35,372 nt of DNA. It comes from Octopus sinensis. Taxonomy: Eukaryota. The notes below the pieces were generated by a model. The model was not told the DNA's origin and searched no databases. It saw only the letters and a program-made list of their open reading frames with translations. Numbering within the stretch: the stretch's first letter is position 1; each line of letters starts with the position of its first letter. Positions 1 through 10,780 of this stretch are shown here, in pieces. Location: NCBI RefSeq assembly GCF_006345805.1, contig NW_021828096.1:1-35372 (forward strand), written 5' to 3'. The position numbers were made by a program, and so were the translations under genes.

Positions 1-127
1 TCATATTCACATATATATTATATATATATTCATATTCACATATATATATATATATATATATATATTCATATTCACAGACATATATATATATATATATTCA
101 TATATATATATATATATATATATATAG
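1..127. repeat. (TA)n microsatellite with CATATTCAC interruptions
   Basis: Direct reading of the sequence. Confidence 0.95.
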
Positions 128-300
128 GGAGAGTTTACGAAAAAAACAAAAGACGAAGACAGGTGGTGTACAAAATAAACAGATGTATTAGTATAACGCT
201 CAGGAATAGAAAAAGTATTTTACGTTTCGAGCCTACGCTCTTCTACTGAAAGGGACAAAGAAAAAACAAGGAGAGAAGAAAATGTGTGTAGTGGCTAACG
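128..300 (-). mobile_element. Short repeat resembling a Penelope-like pseudo-LTR, with a degenerate hammerhead motif at 218-251
   Basis: Minus strand reads TTT CAGTAGA A GAGC GTAG GCTC GAAA CGT A AAA: perfect 4-bp helix II, GAAA, ACGT helix III and GUA site. The core differs from CTGANGA at two invariant positions. Confidence 0.45.
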
Positions 301-324
301 ATCTATCTCAAGTTACACACACAC

Positions 325-357
<33 letters not shown>

Positions 358-1469
358 CACACAGTTATATATATATACATATATTAGAAGAAATGAGGTA
401 CTCAGAAATTCGGATCGTTTTATATTTACAGATATTTATTTGTATGTTACATGTTTTTATACATCTTATATCATACATCATATATAAGCACTTTCGTCCA
501 TTCTAGTGGAGTTGTCAAATTGAACTAAGTTCTTGCAGGAATTTTGACTCTTTTTATAGTGTTATTGAGTGTGTGGGAGAGAGTGAGAGAGGGCATGTGT
601 GTGTGTGTGTTTGTATCTGAAAAGAGTGTTAAAGAAAAAGGAAAGGAAGAAAAGGGAGAGAAAAAAATTTTTTCTGGTGATCTCTTTGCAGCTGGTCAGG
701 TTGGCAATAATAACCGACTGTTTACTCCGAGGGGGGAAAAATGTCACAAAAAAAAAACCCTACATAAGTGGTTATGATACGCTTGCTGGGGAAACTTCCA
801 CATACAAAATCCTTAACGCTCTATACACTGTACCACACTACATACTATAGCCTAGAACGTCATCGCTATTTTTTTCAAAATAGGTTAACTAGGTACATAT
901 TAAAACGGTTCCAGCGAAAAGTTCAACAAAATGTTTTTGACCACAAACTGATTCACATCTATTTTTAAAGCTTGGTAGCAACTTCTAATTTTCTCTTTTT
1001 CAACGCCAAATTTCGCATACAATGCTTTCTTAGAAACATGAATAAAATAAGGGAGTACCTCCTTGAAAATTGAAAAAAAATGTTTGACCCCTTTTTTTTT
1101 GCATCACCCTAATACACAATATTATGTATATATATATATAATTTTTTTTCCGTAATGAGATAAAGAAAGCCAAGTGTAGATTTTAGAACATTAATAGTCT
1201 TGGTTTTCTATCTCTGACTTTGGACTCCTTATTCGCATAATCACCGAACCTGGAACTTAACTATGGGCTATCCATAGCACTTATTCAACATTACCTGACA
1301 CCTTTGGGTCTCACTGACACAATTACCTCTCATAACCCCCCCTCTCTCTATATATATCATTATTATTATTATTATTATTTCTTAAGATTTAACCGGTTTC
1401 ACAGTTTACACTGATTTTCAAAATTTTAAATAGAAAGATGTGACTTATATCGCAGCTGTGTTGCTTCTG

Positions 1470-3676
1470 AATTATTTCTATATTTGCTTATAAGGGCGTA
1501 CATAGAAAGGACAGAACAGGGGCAGGGACGAAACAAGGACAGTATTACACAGGGCCGGGGTTACAATCATGATAAATTGGGAAAAATAGAAATAATAAAT
1601 CGAAAATTAATTCGAAAAATGGAAATGCGAGTAAAAATATAATGGTTAAAAATGTAGTTCTTGGGTTTTTATTTTTCGTTCTTTTTTCCTTCTTTTTCGC
1701 TCTGATCAGTTACACTAGCACGTCTCCATTCATTCTCAGCTTCCTTACCACAGTTGTCCATCTTTTTCCGAACACACTTTGAGGCAGACACCTTTTCTCC
1801 AGACGTACCTTTCTTAACAGGTGGAAGTTGAAACAACTTACCAACCCGTGTCCGGAAATAAGGTGACCTGTCTCAATTCTTTTTGCACAATTCATCCATA
1901 CTGTGTCTTTCAGTATGGCTACCACGCAAAAAATGATGCCTTCCTTTCCTTGTTAAAGGAGGGAGGCGGTGCGATCTTAATCATGGACTCAGTCGAGAGC
2001 CGTACTCTTTCTGCATCCGATATCAGTTGTTCGACATGGGTTATCAATTCCCTCAGCTCCTCACAATGTACGAAGGCGTGCGCGATAGTTTCACTGACGC
2101 GCCCGCACCTCGGGAATGTGGGGGAGGTGTCAAATCCGTGTCTCGACAACCTCTCTCGAACCGGCAAGGCCGATCGAAAGCACAACCAAGCCAAGGACTT
2201 CTGGAAGTTATCCAGATACATCGGCCCGAATATCCTTCCGAACAGAGTCTCCCCTAGCACGTCGTCGGACTCATACTCTACCAACCCTCTATAAAAACCC
2301 GAAGTGGTAAACCTTTCTGCCGGTATTGCTCGCCCAGAAAAACAGATTGAGTCCTTGTCTGCACTCCTTCTGCCATTCTTTCATCCTAGGTCTCCGCTTG
2401 ATCCATGTGCCCACGTCCCGAAGGGACGTCAATTGTGGAAAGAGGAGCTTGACATGCGGTGACCACACCTGCTCACCATCCAAGTAGCGCCAGAGATGTC
2501 TCAGCCTCAGCGCATACTTGCGCATCATCAGCGAAAACATCCCTCGCCTACCCTTTAACAGTTTCTGGCGGCAGATGGAGTGCCTCACAAGTGGTGATTT
2601 CCTGTCGACAAAAAGCGGAAAAGGATCCATTCCAACTTGGTCAACCACAAACCGGAGCAAGGCACGACGGTTAGGCGGTAGGTTATCACAGATGCTATAA
2701 ATACCTGTGCAACCTCGGGCCCCCCCCTGGCAAGGATAACGTCCTCCCAGACCAGGTCTCGGTTATGGCCGTCACCTTGCTCCAGTTTTCTTCACCTGGA
2801 TATCAAGGCTAATACTTTGGCCAAAATTAACTGTGTTTAGCAGGGTTATGGGCAGAAAATTATTAATGTTGTCCCCCTTGCTCGGGTCCTTCCTGAACAG
2901 TGTCACCATTCCTCGGCTCACAGATTTTGGAATTCTCCCATTCTGCTGCCAATTCGCGTATACACCGGCCAGTATGTTCCCGAACAAGTCTGGCATGCTT
3001 TTATAAAATTCGTAAGGTAGACCATCCAATCCCGGTGACTTGTCTCCGGAGCACTCGGAAAGCATCTCTATGAACTCCTCAGTTGTGATCGGCCCTTCAC
3101 AGCGTTCAGCGTCACGCGCCGAGAGACGCGGGCCACTGGCCAGGAAATCCTGTAGGGCATCCCCATGATCCAGCGTCCCGCTCTTCCTGAGCAACGCAGC
3201 AAAGTGCTCATGAAAGGCCTTGCACATCTCTTCCTGTCCTTGGATCTCTTTTCCATGTTCGTTTACCACCTACCTTATCGTAGCATTCATGCCACGTTAG
3301 GTTTCTACCGAGTGAGCCCAGCCGGAAATGTTGATACCTTCGCGACCCAGTGCACGTACTTTAGCTCGAACTCTGCATCCTTCATGTTTGGCATTAAGGT
3401 CCAAGGCCGATATCGCCGCCAAAACTTGGGCGCAGAGCCCATCCTCAGCGCCTCTTCTAACGCCTTAACTAAATCCCTTTCTACTTTAGTCTGTTCTAGA
3501 CTTAACTGCTTGCTAAATCTAATAGACCCAAGCGCCCTCATTATTAACACCTTAATCTGGCTATGGTAAGTTTCGCAATCCAATAGGGTCTCGTTCAACT
3601 TCCAATAGCCAGATTCCTGTGGACCTTATCTATATGTATCCTAAAGGTTACTAATTTGTGATCCGTGTAGGGTACA
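1470..3676 (-). mobile_element. Tx1/L1-clade LINE remnant: ORF2 pseudogene from the endonuclease end to the stop codon, plus 3' UTR
   Basis: Minus-strand fragments: YTDHKLV, GYWKLNETLL, DKSPGLDGLPYEFYK, NNFLPITLLN, KILAKVLA, WSGRTLSL, zf-RVT-like FPRCGRVSETIAHAFVHC. ORF2 ends MNGDVLV* at 1710. Several frameshifts; RT core missing near 2803. Confidence 0.9.
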
Positions 3677-3678
3677 TA

Positions 3679-4737
3679 CGAGGGGTGTATGAAAAGTTTT
3701 GAGCCTAACCTAGAAACGGGGTTGCTAGGTAGCTGAAACAATTTTTTTCAGGTAAGTACAGTCTATTCGGAGTATTCTTGCTCATTTTCATGATTCTGAT
3801 ATTTTAATTTTTTCTGTTGCAGATTTTTGAATAAACAAGTGTCGAGTTGACAAGGAAAATGGAGAAAACTGAGTATCGTGCTGTCATAAAGTGCCTTCGC
3901 TTGAAAGGCATAACTCCATCAGAAATCCATGAAGATATGGTGAGAACCTTGACAGACAATGCTCCTTGATATGCAATAGTCAAACGCTGGGTAAATGAAT
4001 TCCAGCGTGGCAGGGAGAGTGTGGAAGATGATCCCAGACCAGGGAGGCCTCCAACTGCTACCATCGAGGACAACCTTGACCTTGCTCTTGGTATGATAAT
4101 ACAAGATCGTCGAACATCATGCCGTCAGATAACCGTGAGATTGGGCATCTCAAGCGAAAGCGTAGACAATATTGTGACAAAAGAACTTGGGTTCTCAAAG
4201 GTTTCTACAAGGTGAGTCCCTCACCTTTTGACTCTTGAACAGAAACGCACCAGGTGCACTTTGTCCACGACCAATATGGAATTGTTTCAAACCGATGAAG
4301 AGGCTGTATTATTCTCAGTTACTGAAACGCCCCCGAAAAGCAATCAAAGAAAAAAGGCCGGGAATGCTCACCAGAAGAGTCTTTTTCCATCACGACAATG
4401 CTCCAGCCCACACCTCAGGTGTTTCCATGGCAACAATTCGTGATTGTGGATACAGACTTGTCCCTATCCTCCTTATTCGCCCCCTCTGACTCATCTATTC
4501 TCCAAAATGAAAAAAGCCCTGGTTGGTCGCCATTTTACCAGTGACAATGACGTCATAGACGCTGTTGGAAGTTTCTTGGAGTCTCAAACGAAAGAGTTCC
4601 TCTACGCTGGGATAATGGCGCTTCAGCACCGCTGGAGAAAGTGTTCAGCCACTGAGGGAGGCTGTTGAAAAATAAATCATTAGAAGTTTTGTACTATGTT
4701 TTTTTTTTGAGGTTCAAGACTCTTCATACACCCCTCG
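3679..4737 (+). mobile_element. Mariner DNA transposon, internally deleted, 1059 bp
   Basis: 28-bp TIRs at 3679-3706 (cgaggggtgtatgaaaagttttgagcct) and 4710-4737, 3 mismatches. TA target-site duplications at 3677-3678 and 4738-4739. Confidence 0.95.
3859..4668 (+). pseudogene. Mariner transposase pseudogene
   Basis: MEKTEYRAVIK..., EDDPRPGRP, (W>stop)VPHLL, HHDNAPAHT, PPYSP. In-frame stops and frameshifts; the segment with the first catalytic Asp is deleted near 4300. Confidence 0.92.
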
Positions 4738-4739
4738 TA

Positions 4740-5045
4740 GGTGAACTGTGAACAGCTAAAACTAAACTTATCTCTAGCATTTACTATTATCCTGTCAATC
4801 TACCTGATTGATCCGTCGTTATTATTCCAAGTCCATATTAGAACGCTCGGATTATCAAGCCTGCATCGATCTGCCAGCCTAAATCGCTTCAGCAGATCGA
4901 CGAGGCATGAGTTGCATCTTCTATCGTTCGAGCCTACGCTATCCTGGCGTGCCTCCAAAATAGCGTTGAAGTCTCTTAGCAAAACTAGTCATTGACGTCA
5001 CTAGGAAGTTGTCCAGGCGTTGATAGAACTCATTCTATGTCGGTT
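4740..5045 (-). mobile_element. Upstream continuation of the Tx1/L1-clade LINE (APE endonuclease domain), 5'-truncated
   Basis: Minus-strand LRDFNAIL (GDFN-like), WTWNNNDGSIR and IDRIIV. Removing the mariner and one TA joins this in frame to YTDH (FTYVPYTDHKLV). Confidence 0.88.
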
Positions 5046-5103
5046 TCATTCTGATTGCAGTTGGATCATAATAGTAGTTGTAAATGCATGTGACATACCT
5101 GTA

Positions 5104-5263
5104 TTTACAGTTCTATACTGAAGAGATGAGGAATTATTTATATTTGACGGATATTTGCCCTCATCTTGTTTGTTGTTAACACAGCGATTCGACTTATATA
5201 CCCCCCAGACTTCTTCAAGTGTCTTGGGGAAATTTCGAACCTGGGTTCTCATTCCTAAGGTAT
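5104..5263 (-). repeat. Inverted copy of the 3' half of the adjacent hammerhead-bearing SINE-like element
   Basis: Reverse complement aligns with 5422-5555 (about 80% by eye; 1 mismatch in the first 33 nt). Confidence 0.9.
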
Positions 5264-5264
5264 A

Positions 5265-5555
5265 TGGCGTAGTGGTTAAGAGCGCAGGCTACTAATCTCA
5301 AGATTCCGAGTTAGATTTCAAACAGTGACCTGAATAATAATAATGATAATAATAATAATAATAATAATAACAACAACAAATGCCCTAGGTGTACGGAAAA
5401 CACTCGGCGAGAAATAGAAGAATACCTTAGGAATGAGAACCCGGGTTCGAAATTCCCCCCCAAAACCTGATGAAGGCTGGAGGGTATAACTGCCGAAACG
5501 TTGTGTTAACAGCGAACAAGATGAGTACAAACATCTGTCAAATGTAAATAATGTA
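5265..5555 (+). mobile_element. tRNA-headed SINE-like element with an internal (TAA)n tract and a 3' hammerhead motif
   Basis: A-box TGGCGTAGTGG at 5265, B-box-like GAGTTAGATTT, (TAA)n about 5332-5370, second B-box-like GGTTCGAAATT about 5443, then CTGATGA...GAAAC at 5467-5499. Confidence 0.7.
5462..5507 (+). ncRNA. Type I minimal hammerhead ribozyme motif, partly decayed
   Basis: Helix I aaaac/gtgtt; CTGATGA 5467-5473; extra A; helix II GGC/GCC; GAAA 5495-5498; palindromic ACGT helix III; GUU site. Confidence 0.6.
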
Positions 5556-6130
5556 TTTGTTTATGGTGTTCCTATACATGTCACTGGATACTGAGTTATT
5601 TCTCTTAGCTCTTTTCTTTAAATTATAGAAATTACCTTCGCCATACATGTAGTCTATTATTTGTATAAACCTATGTCCTTGGTTTCTGGAGATAAATTAT
5701 AACAGTTCTGCTGACAATGTTTATAGAAGCAGAAATACGTGTCCGCCATTGTCTTATCACCAAACAAGTTGTTCCTTTTCTTAGTGACGTGTCAGCATTG
5801 ATGAATTTGCGATTCTCTCCCTTTGAATAGATTAGCTCTTAATTGTCATTTAGTAATTGTAACATCCTCTCGAGGCGGAAGTAATTTCAATAATCAATAA
5901 TTTTTAGTTGTGTGGTATTTGATATAATTATATTTGTCTATATTGGTCAAAAACATGCCGCTGGCCACTTATCTTATTTGTGTGCGCGTGCAATTTTCTT
6001 TTTATATAAAAAATGTCTCTTTTGAAACCGGTTGCATATTTTGAAAAATATGCAAATGTTTTTCTCCTTGTATTCATGATAAAATTATCAAGTCATTTTG
6101 TTTATAATACAAATTTACCCATACTAAACG

Positions 6131-6131
6131 T

Positions 6132-6162
<31 letters not shown>

Positions 6163-6290
6163 TTGTATATGTGTGCATGTGTATGCGTGTGCATGTGTGT
6201 GCATATGTGTGCATATGTGTGTGTGTGTGTGCATATGTGTGCATATGTGTGTGTGTGCATGTGTGTGCTCGCACATCTACGTGTCTGTAC
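6131..6290. repeat. Compound (TA)n/(GT)n/GTGCAT microsatellite
   Basis: Direct reading; explains the overlapping low-complexity ORFs. Confidence 0.95.
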
Positions 6291-7210
6291 ATGTGCTTCA
6301 GCCAGCTGCAAGTTGTGTTTCTACTCAAACCTAGTAACATAGTAGTATTTCTGATTTGGCCACAATCTCTCTTTTCTTGTGGTTTGTTCATCCAATCGAG
6401 TGAGACCCAATTATTAGACGTATGAGAATTATTGATCGGCTATTTTCATAGGCCTCTTTGTTACAAATACTCTTAATTTTGTTATCAATAATTATGGTTT
6501 CTGCCATAATTACTCTTATGATTATCAGTATCGATTTAAGATAGTGTTTATTGTTGAGCGGGAGATAAACTTGAACCTATGCTCTGCCATTAATCAATAA
6601 AATGTCAGTAAATAGCCATGTTACATTGACTTGTTTTATCTTAAAAAAAAAAACTGCTTTGTAATTAACGTTCAGTGTTAGTTTTTTTTTTTCCTGTTAC
6701 GTTGGAAGTGAACTCTTGAAGATTGATAGCGAGTCTCTCATCCAAAAGCAGTTATTTGAAGATATAGCGCTATAGATTAGCGATTGTTTTATTATAAGGG
6801 GAATGAAATGTGGATGAAAGTATTCGTGGGAAGCTATACAGACTTTTAAGTAGAATATATCGGTAAATGATATGTGGAATATAATTGAATTATTGATGCA
6901 GCAGAGCTGAAATCTATCTCTAAAGTTACAGCGGCAGAGGCACACACAATAACCACATACAGGTTTTTAGCTGTTGTGATTGAATTGCTGGTCACCAGCG
7001 TATAGAAATACAATAGTGAACTAATGTTTGATGTGCTTTTCGATGTCACATTCATATAAATATCTGTGATAAACATAAATAATAATTTCATGTGCAGGTA
7101 AAATCACAGAAATAAATCTACAATAGTGAGATGATAGTGATTCTGATGTTTCCCTTGTGATGGTTAAGCATATCTATGTATCAATGTAGCAGCTGAATAA
7201 ACATAGCGCA

Positions 7211-7241
<31 letters not shown>

Positions 7242-7999
7242 GGCATTAAAGAAATAATTCTGTGAATCATTCAATGAATATAAACACAGATAGGATGACT
7301 TCAGAGAACAGTTAAACCCGCAACTACACACAATTGGGAATACAAACTGTACAGCTCCACAAGAGAAATATGAAACACCATCGGCAAGTAGCGGCTGAAT
7401 AAACAGTAACGACACATTAAGTTTCGCAATAAACTATAATAATACTTTCTAAAATCATTTTAATTCTGGAATTAACAGTAAACAGTTGATTTGTACAACC
7501 ACCTTGTTTAAACTGGAGTATATTTTCTTAATTTTATTGTACGTGTGGTAAACAACAAAATTCTTACATTCTCTCGGCTTCCTCTAATTCAAAAGGTCGA
7601 GTGTGGATATTAGAGTACTCTTCCACAGTCTGAGTACAAATCTCGATATATGAAAAGTACAATTGACTAAGTTTGTAATATATAGTCATTTAGAGAAGAT
7701 TTAGTTAATTACACACGCTCCATTGTAATATTTGACCTTGTACCTAATCAAAGCAAATCAATATTTTTAAAGAGAAGGAGAGATCAATTCGTTAGAATGC
7801 AATAAATTGTAGTTATCAGATGTGAAAGAAAGCTAACAGTTGCAACAAACAGAAGAGAGCAGAAAATATCCCTCTTCTCACAACAAGAACTTGCGCAACA
7901 AAACAAAATATACTCCAAATAAAAGACCCGCAGAATAAACATGCCTTCAGTGCAATCTCTTGTCACTAAATGTTCAACGGGATCGAGAATGGATATGTG

Positions 8000-8190
8000 G
8001 TTAAGAGCTTCGTTTAGTAACCGCGTAATCCCAGACCAGATTCCAGTGCGCAGCATTTTGGGAAATCCCCTTCAATAGCCGACCCATATCGAAAGGATAA
8101 AATGTAAAGTTGACCTCGGTAAGATTTGAACGCAGAATTAATAGCGCGAATCATTCTAGCCGATGCTCTAACGACTTTGCCAATTTGTAT
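8000..8190. mobile_element. Degenerate SINE fragments: family A-like head (+), then family B body (-)
   Basis: gtggttaagagcttcg...ttccagtgcgcagcattttggg resembles the family A head; gaaaggataaaatgtaaagttgacctcgg...tttgccaa resembles family B copies. Confidence 0.55.
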
Positions 8191-9221
8191 TGGAGCAGAA
8201 AAGTAATTCTTATGCACGATTATATTGTCTACGGAATTCTTTTTATTTTTACGGACAACATACCTTAATCTTAGTTCCACCTGGTCCCCACGGAACATAG
8301 GATGACGAGAGATCTCCACTCAGCATTCTCGCGCTCTCGAATGTTATTGCTCATACGTGAACACACAATCTGTCAGCGGAATTGTAAAATTATGCAAGAC
8401 ATTTCTAAAATTCAGCACGTAAGACACATATTGTACCTATGATTAATGATGAGCTTGGTTATGTTACTAAGTGTAGAAGTAGCAATCTCGGAATGCTGGG
8501 GTCTTGAAATACAATGCTCACTAAATTGGAAAGGGAAGATTAAAACAAAGCCAAGATTTTCAAAAAAATTCAGCACCGAATTCTCCAAAGTCGCTGCTTA
8601 AATTTATGCAACCAAACACACCCCTGACTGATGTGAATCATTTTTGTACAGCATTTTTCAGATTTTCTGTTTAGTTTTTTCTTTGTGTGTGTGTGTTTGG
8701 TAGTGTGATCAAATATTTTTCTGTCTGCTTTTATTTTGGTGTTTTTTCTAATTGTTATGTATTATATGAGCTTTTTTGTTGGAAATTCGCATATCATTAT
8801 GCAGAATTTCACATAAATAATTCATTAACTACAGAATCTACGACTAGCAAAATATAAGCAAAAAAAAAAAAAATAAAATCACCACTCAAGCTTAGAATAC
8901 ATCATAAAAATACAACAATGAGTTCGCAATTAGACAACTTTAAGCCCAACGATGATATTGGTGAGAATATAATTTCCATAGGTCTTCGTTGCCTACCATA
9001 AACTCAGCACCAAAATGTAACTATCATCAGTAAATTTAGAAGATGAATCCAAGAAATGTTGGTAGACTTAGGAACGTTATTGTCTTGAAAAAAAAAAAAT
9101 GTAAATGACTAATAAAGGCATTTATAGAAATCGAGCTCTTAACATAAGACACACAGACAAACTTTAATTTGACTTCTGGAGTCCCTCATTTTCGTTATAT
9201 TTTTAGTATTGTGAGTTGGAA

Positions 9222-9305
9222 GAATCATCGTCAGTGCATCGAACAAAACGTTTTGCCGCATTTCTTGCGGCTCTTCATCTTCTGAGTTCATATTCGGCCG
9301 ACATT
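9222..9305 (+). mobile_element. Degenerate family B SINE head
   Basis: tgagttggaagaatc...ttctgagttcatattcggccga aligns with the reverse complement of other family B copies (A- and B-box-like motifs). Confidence 0.55.
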
Positions 9306-9947
9306 GCAAATCAACTTATTTCTATCTGTTCCTATTTAAGCATATGTAAGGGCGCGCATGGATTTCAAATTTCTTTCTGTTTCTTTCGATGACGAGAGCC
9401 ATACAGACGTACGATTACACGCGCAGAACAAATTTATGCCGGGGGAATATAAATATGTATACTTATTATACCATCATTTGACTTCTGGTGCTCCTTGTTT
9501 ATGCTGTATGTCTGATTAAAATCCATGGAATAGACACACATATACAAATACATAAGATGCAATACTATATACATATACACACTCATATATTCAACCGACA
9601 TTCAAAAGCACACACGTGTGTGTGTGTTAATAAGGTCGTAAACAGTTACTCAAGCGTTTAACTATAATCTTTGATTTAACATTATCCATGCTATATGGTT
9701 ATATGCTATAAGTTTAGTGTTACAACCCTTTTCATATTGAACTGTTTTTTTTATATAACTTTGTAACAAAATACTTGAAACTCATCTCACGTGTGCTATA
9801 TTTTACACTCAATGAAATTAATTTGATTTTTCAAAAGATCAAATCCCTCAGAGCGCTACGACGATACTTTTATAAGTTGTTTTCATTTACTAACTAGCAC
9901 GCCGCAATACATCGCTATCGTCTGCATTGTTTCAAGTTATATATGTA

Positions 9948-10163
9948 TATTTCTTTACTACCCACAAAGAGCTAAACACAGAGAGGACAAACAAGGACAG
10001 ACAAACAGATTAAGTCGATTTCATCGATCCCAGTGCGTAACTGGTACTTATTTAATCGACCCCAAAAGGATGAAAAGCAAAGTTGACCTCGGAACGTAAC
10101 GGCAGACGAAATGCGGCTACGCATTTCGCCCGGCGTGCTAACGTTTCTGCCAGCTCGCCGCCT
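9948..10163 (-). mobile_element. Family B tRNA-derived SINE, tail type B1, with an 18-bp TSD
   Basis: Minus-strand head GGCGGCGAGCTGGCAGAAACG with the B-box region deleted. TSD tttcaagttatatatgta at 9930-9947 and 10164-10181. Confidence 0.9.
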
Positions 10164-10572
10164 TTTCAAGTTATATATGTACCAGCCACACAAGATATCA
10201 CGGTAACTGCCTTATATTGCTAATAAGTGGTTCAGTATCTTTTCTGCTATTTGTTGCTTATATTTTGGCAAAGTAATTAGTTTTAAACAATTTTTAATGA
10301 ATTAGAGTATTGAACATCAATTTCTAAAGAGAAAAATACTGTTTTTGGATTATAATTGCAATGTATATATCAACTTATTTTGTCAAAATCTCGTTAAAAA
10401 AAGAAAAAGAAAAGGAATGCCAACTGGCACTTATCGAATGGATTGAAAGCTTCACAGAAGTTGTCTCTTGTATGTGGGGAAATGATGATGAAATAACTGA
10501 ATAGCCATACTGGTTAACTCTATATACTATTTACACAATTATTAATGAGGAAATAGAAATACTAAATTAATA

Positions 10573-10780
10573 GTTTCTAATTTAGACACAAGGACAGCAA
10601 TTTTGAGGCGAGAGGGTTTGTCGATACCTCCAGTACTTGAATAGTAGTTTAGTTACCCTAGAAGGATGAAAGGCGAAATTGAATTCGGTGGGATTTGAGC
10701 TCAGAACATAAAGAGACGGAAGAAATTCTGTAAGGAATCTTTTCCGACGTTTTAATAATTCTTCCCGCTCATCACTATAA
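10573..10780 (-). mobile_element. Degenerate family B SINE, tail type B3
   Basis: cacaaggacagcaattttg...aggatgaaaggcgaaattgaattcggtgggatttgagctcagaac matches other copies. Confidence 0.75.

Noticed and set aside
700-1115. Possible Tc1/mariner-type MITE ending in gcatcaccctaata
   Set aside because: Only one TIR-like end; no partner or TSD pair found.
4927-4940. tcgagcctacgct, identical to part of the hairpin at 227-239
   Set aside because: It lies in the LINE endonuclease coding sequence without the other hammerhead elements; treated as coincidence.
5940-6015. CCAAT-like plus TATA-like promoter before ORF 6013
   Set aside because: Such motifs are common in AT-rich DNA and the ORF runs into a microsatellite.
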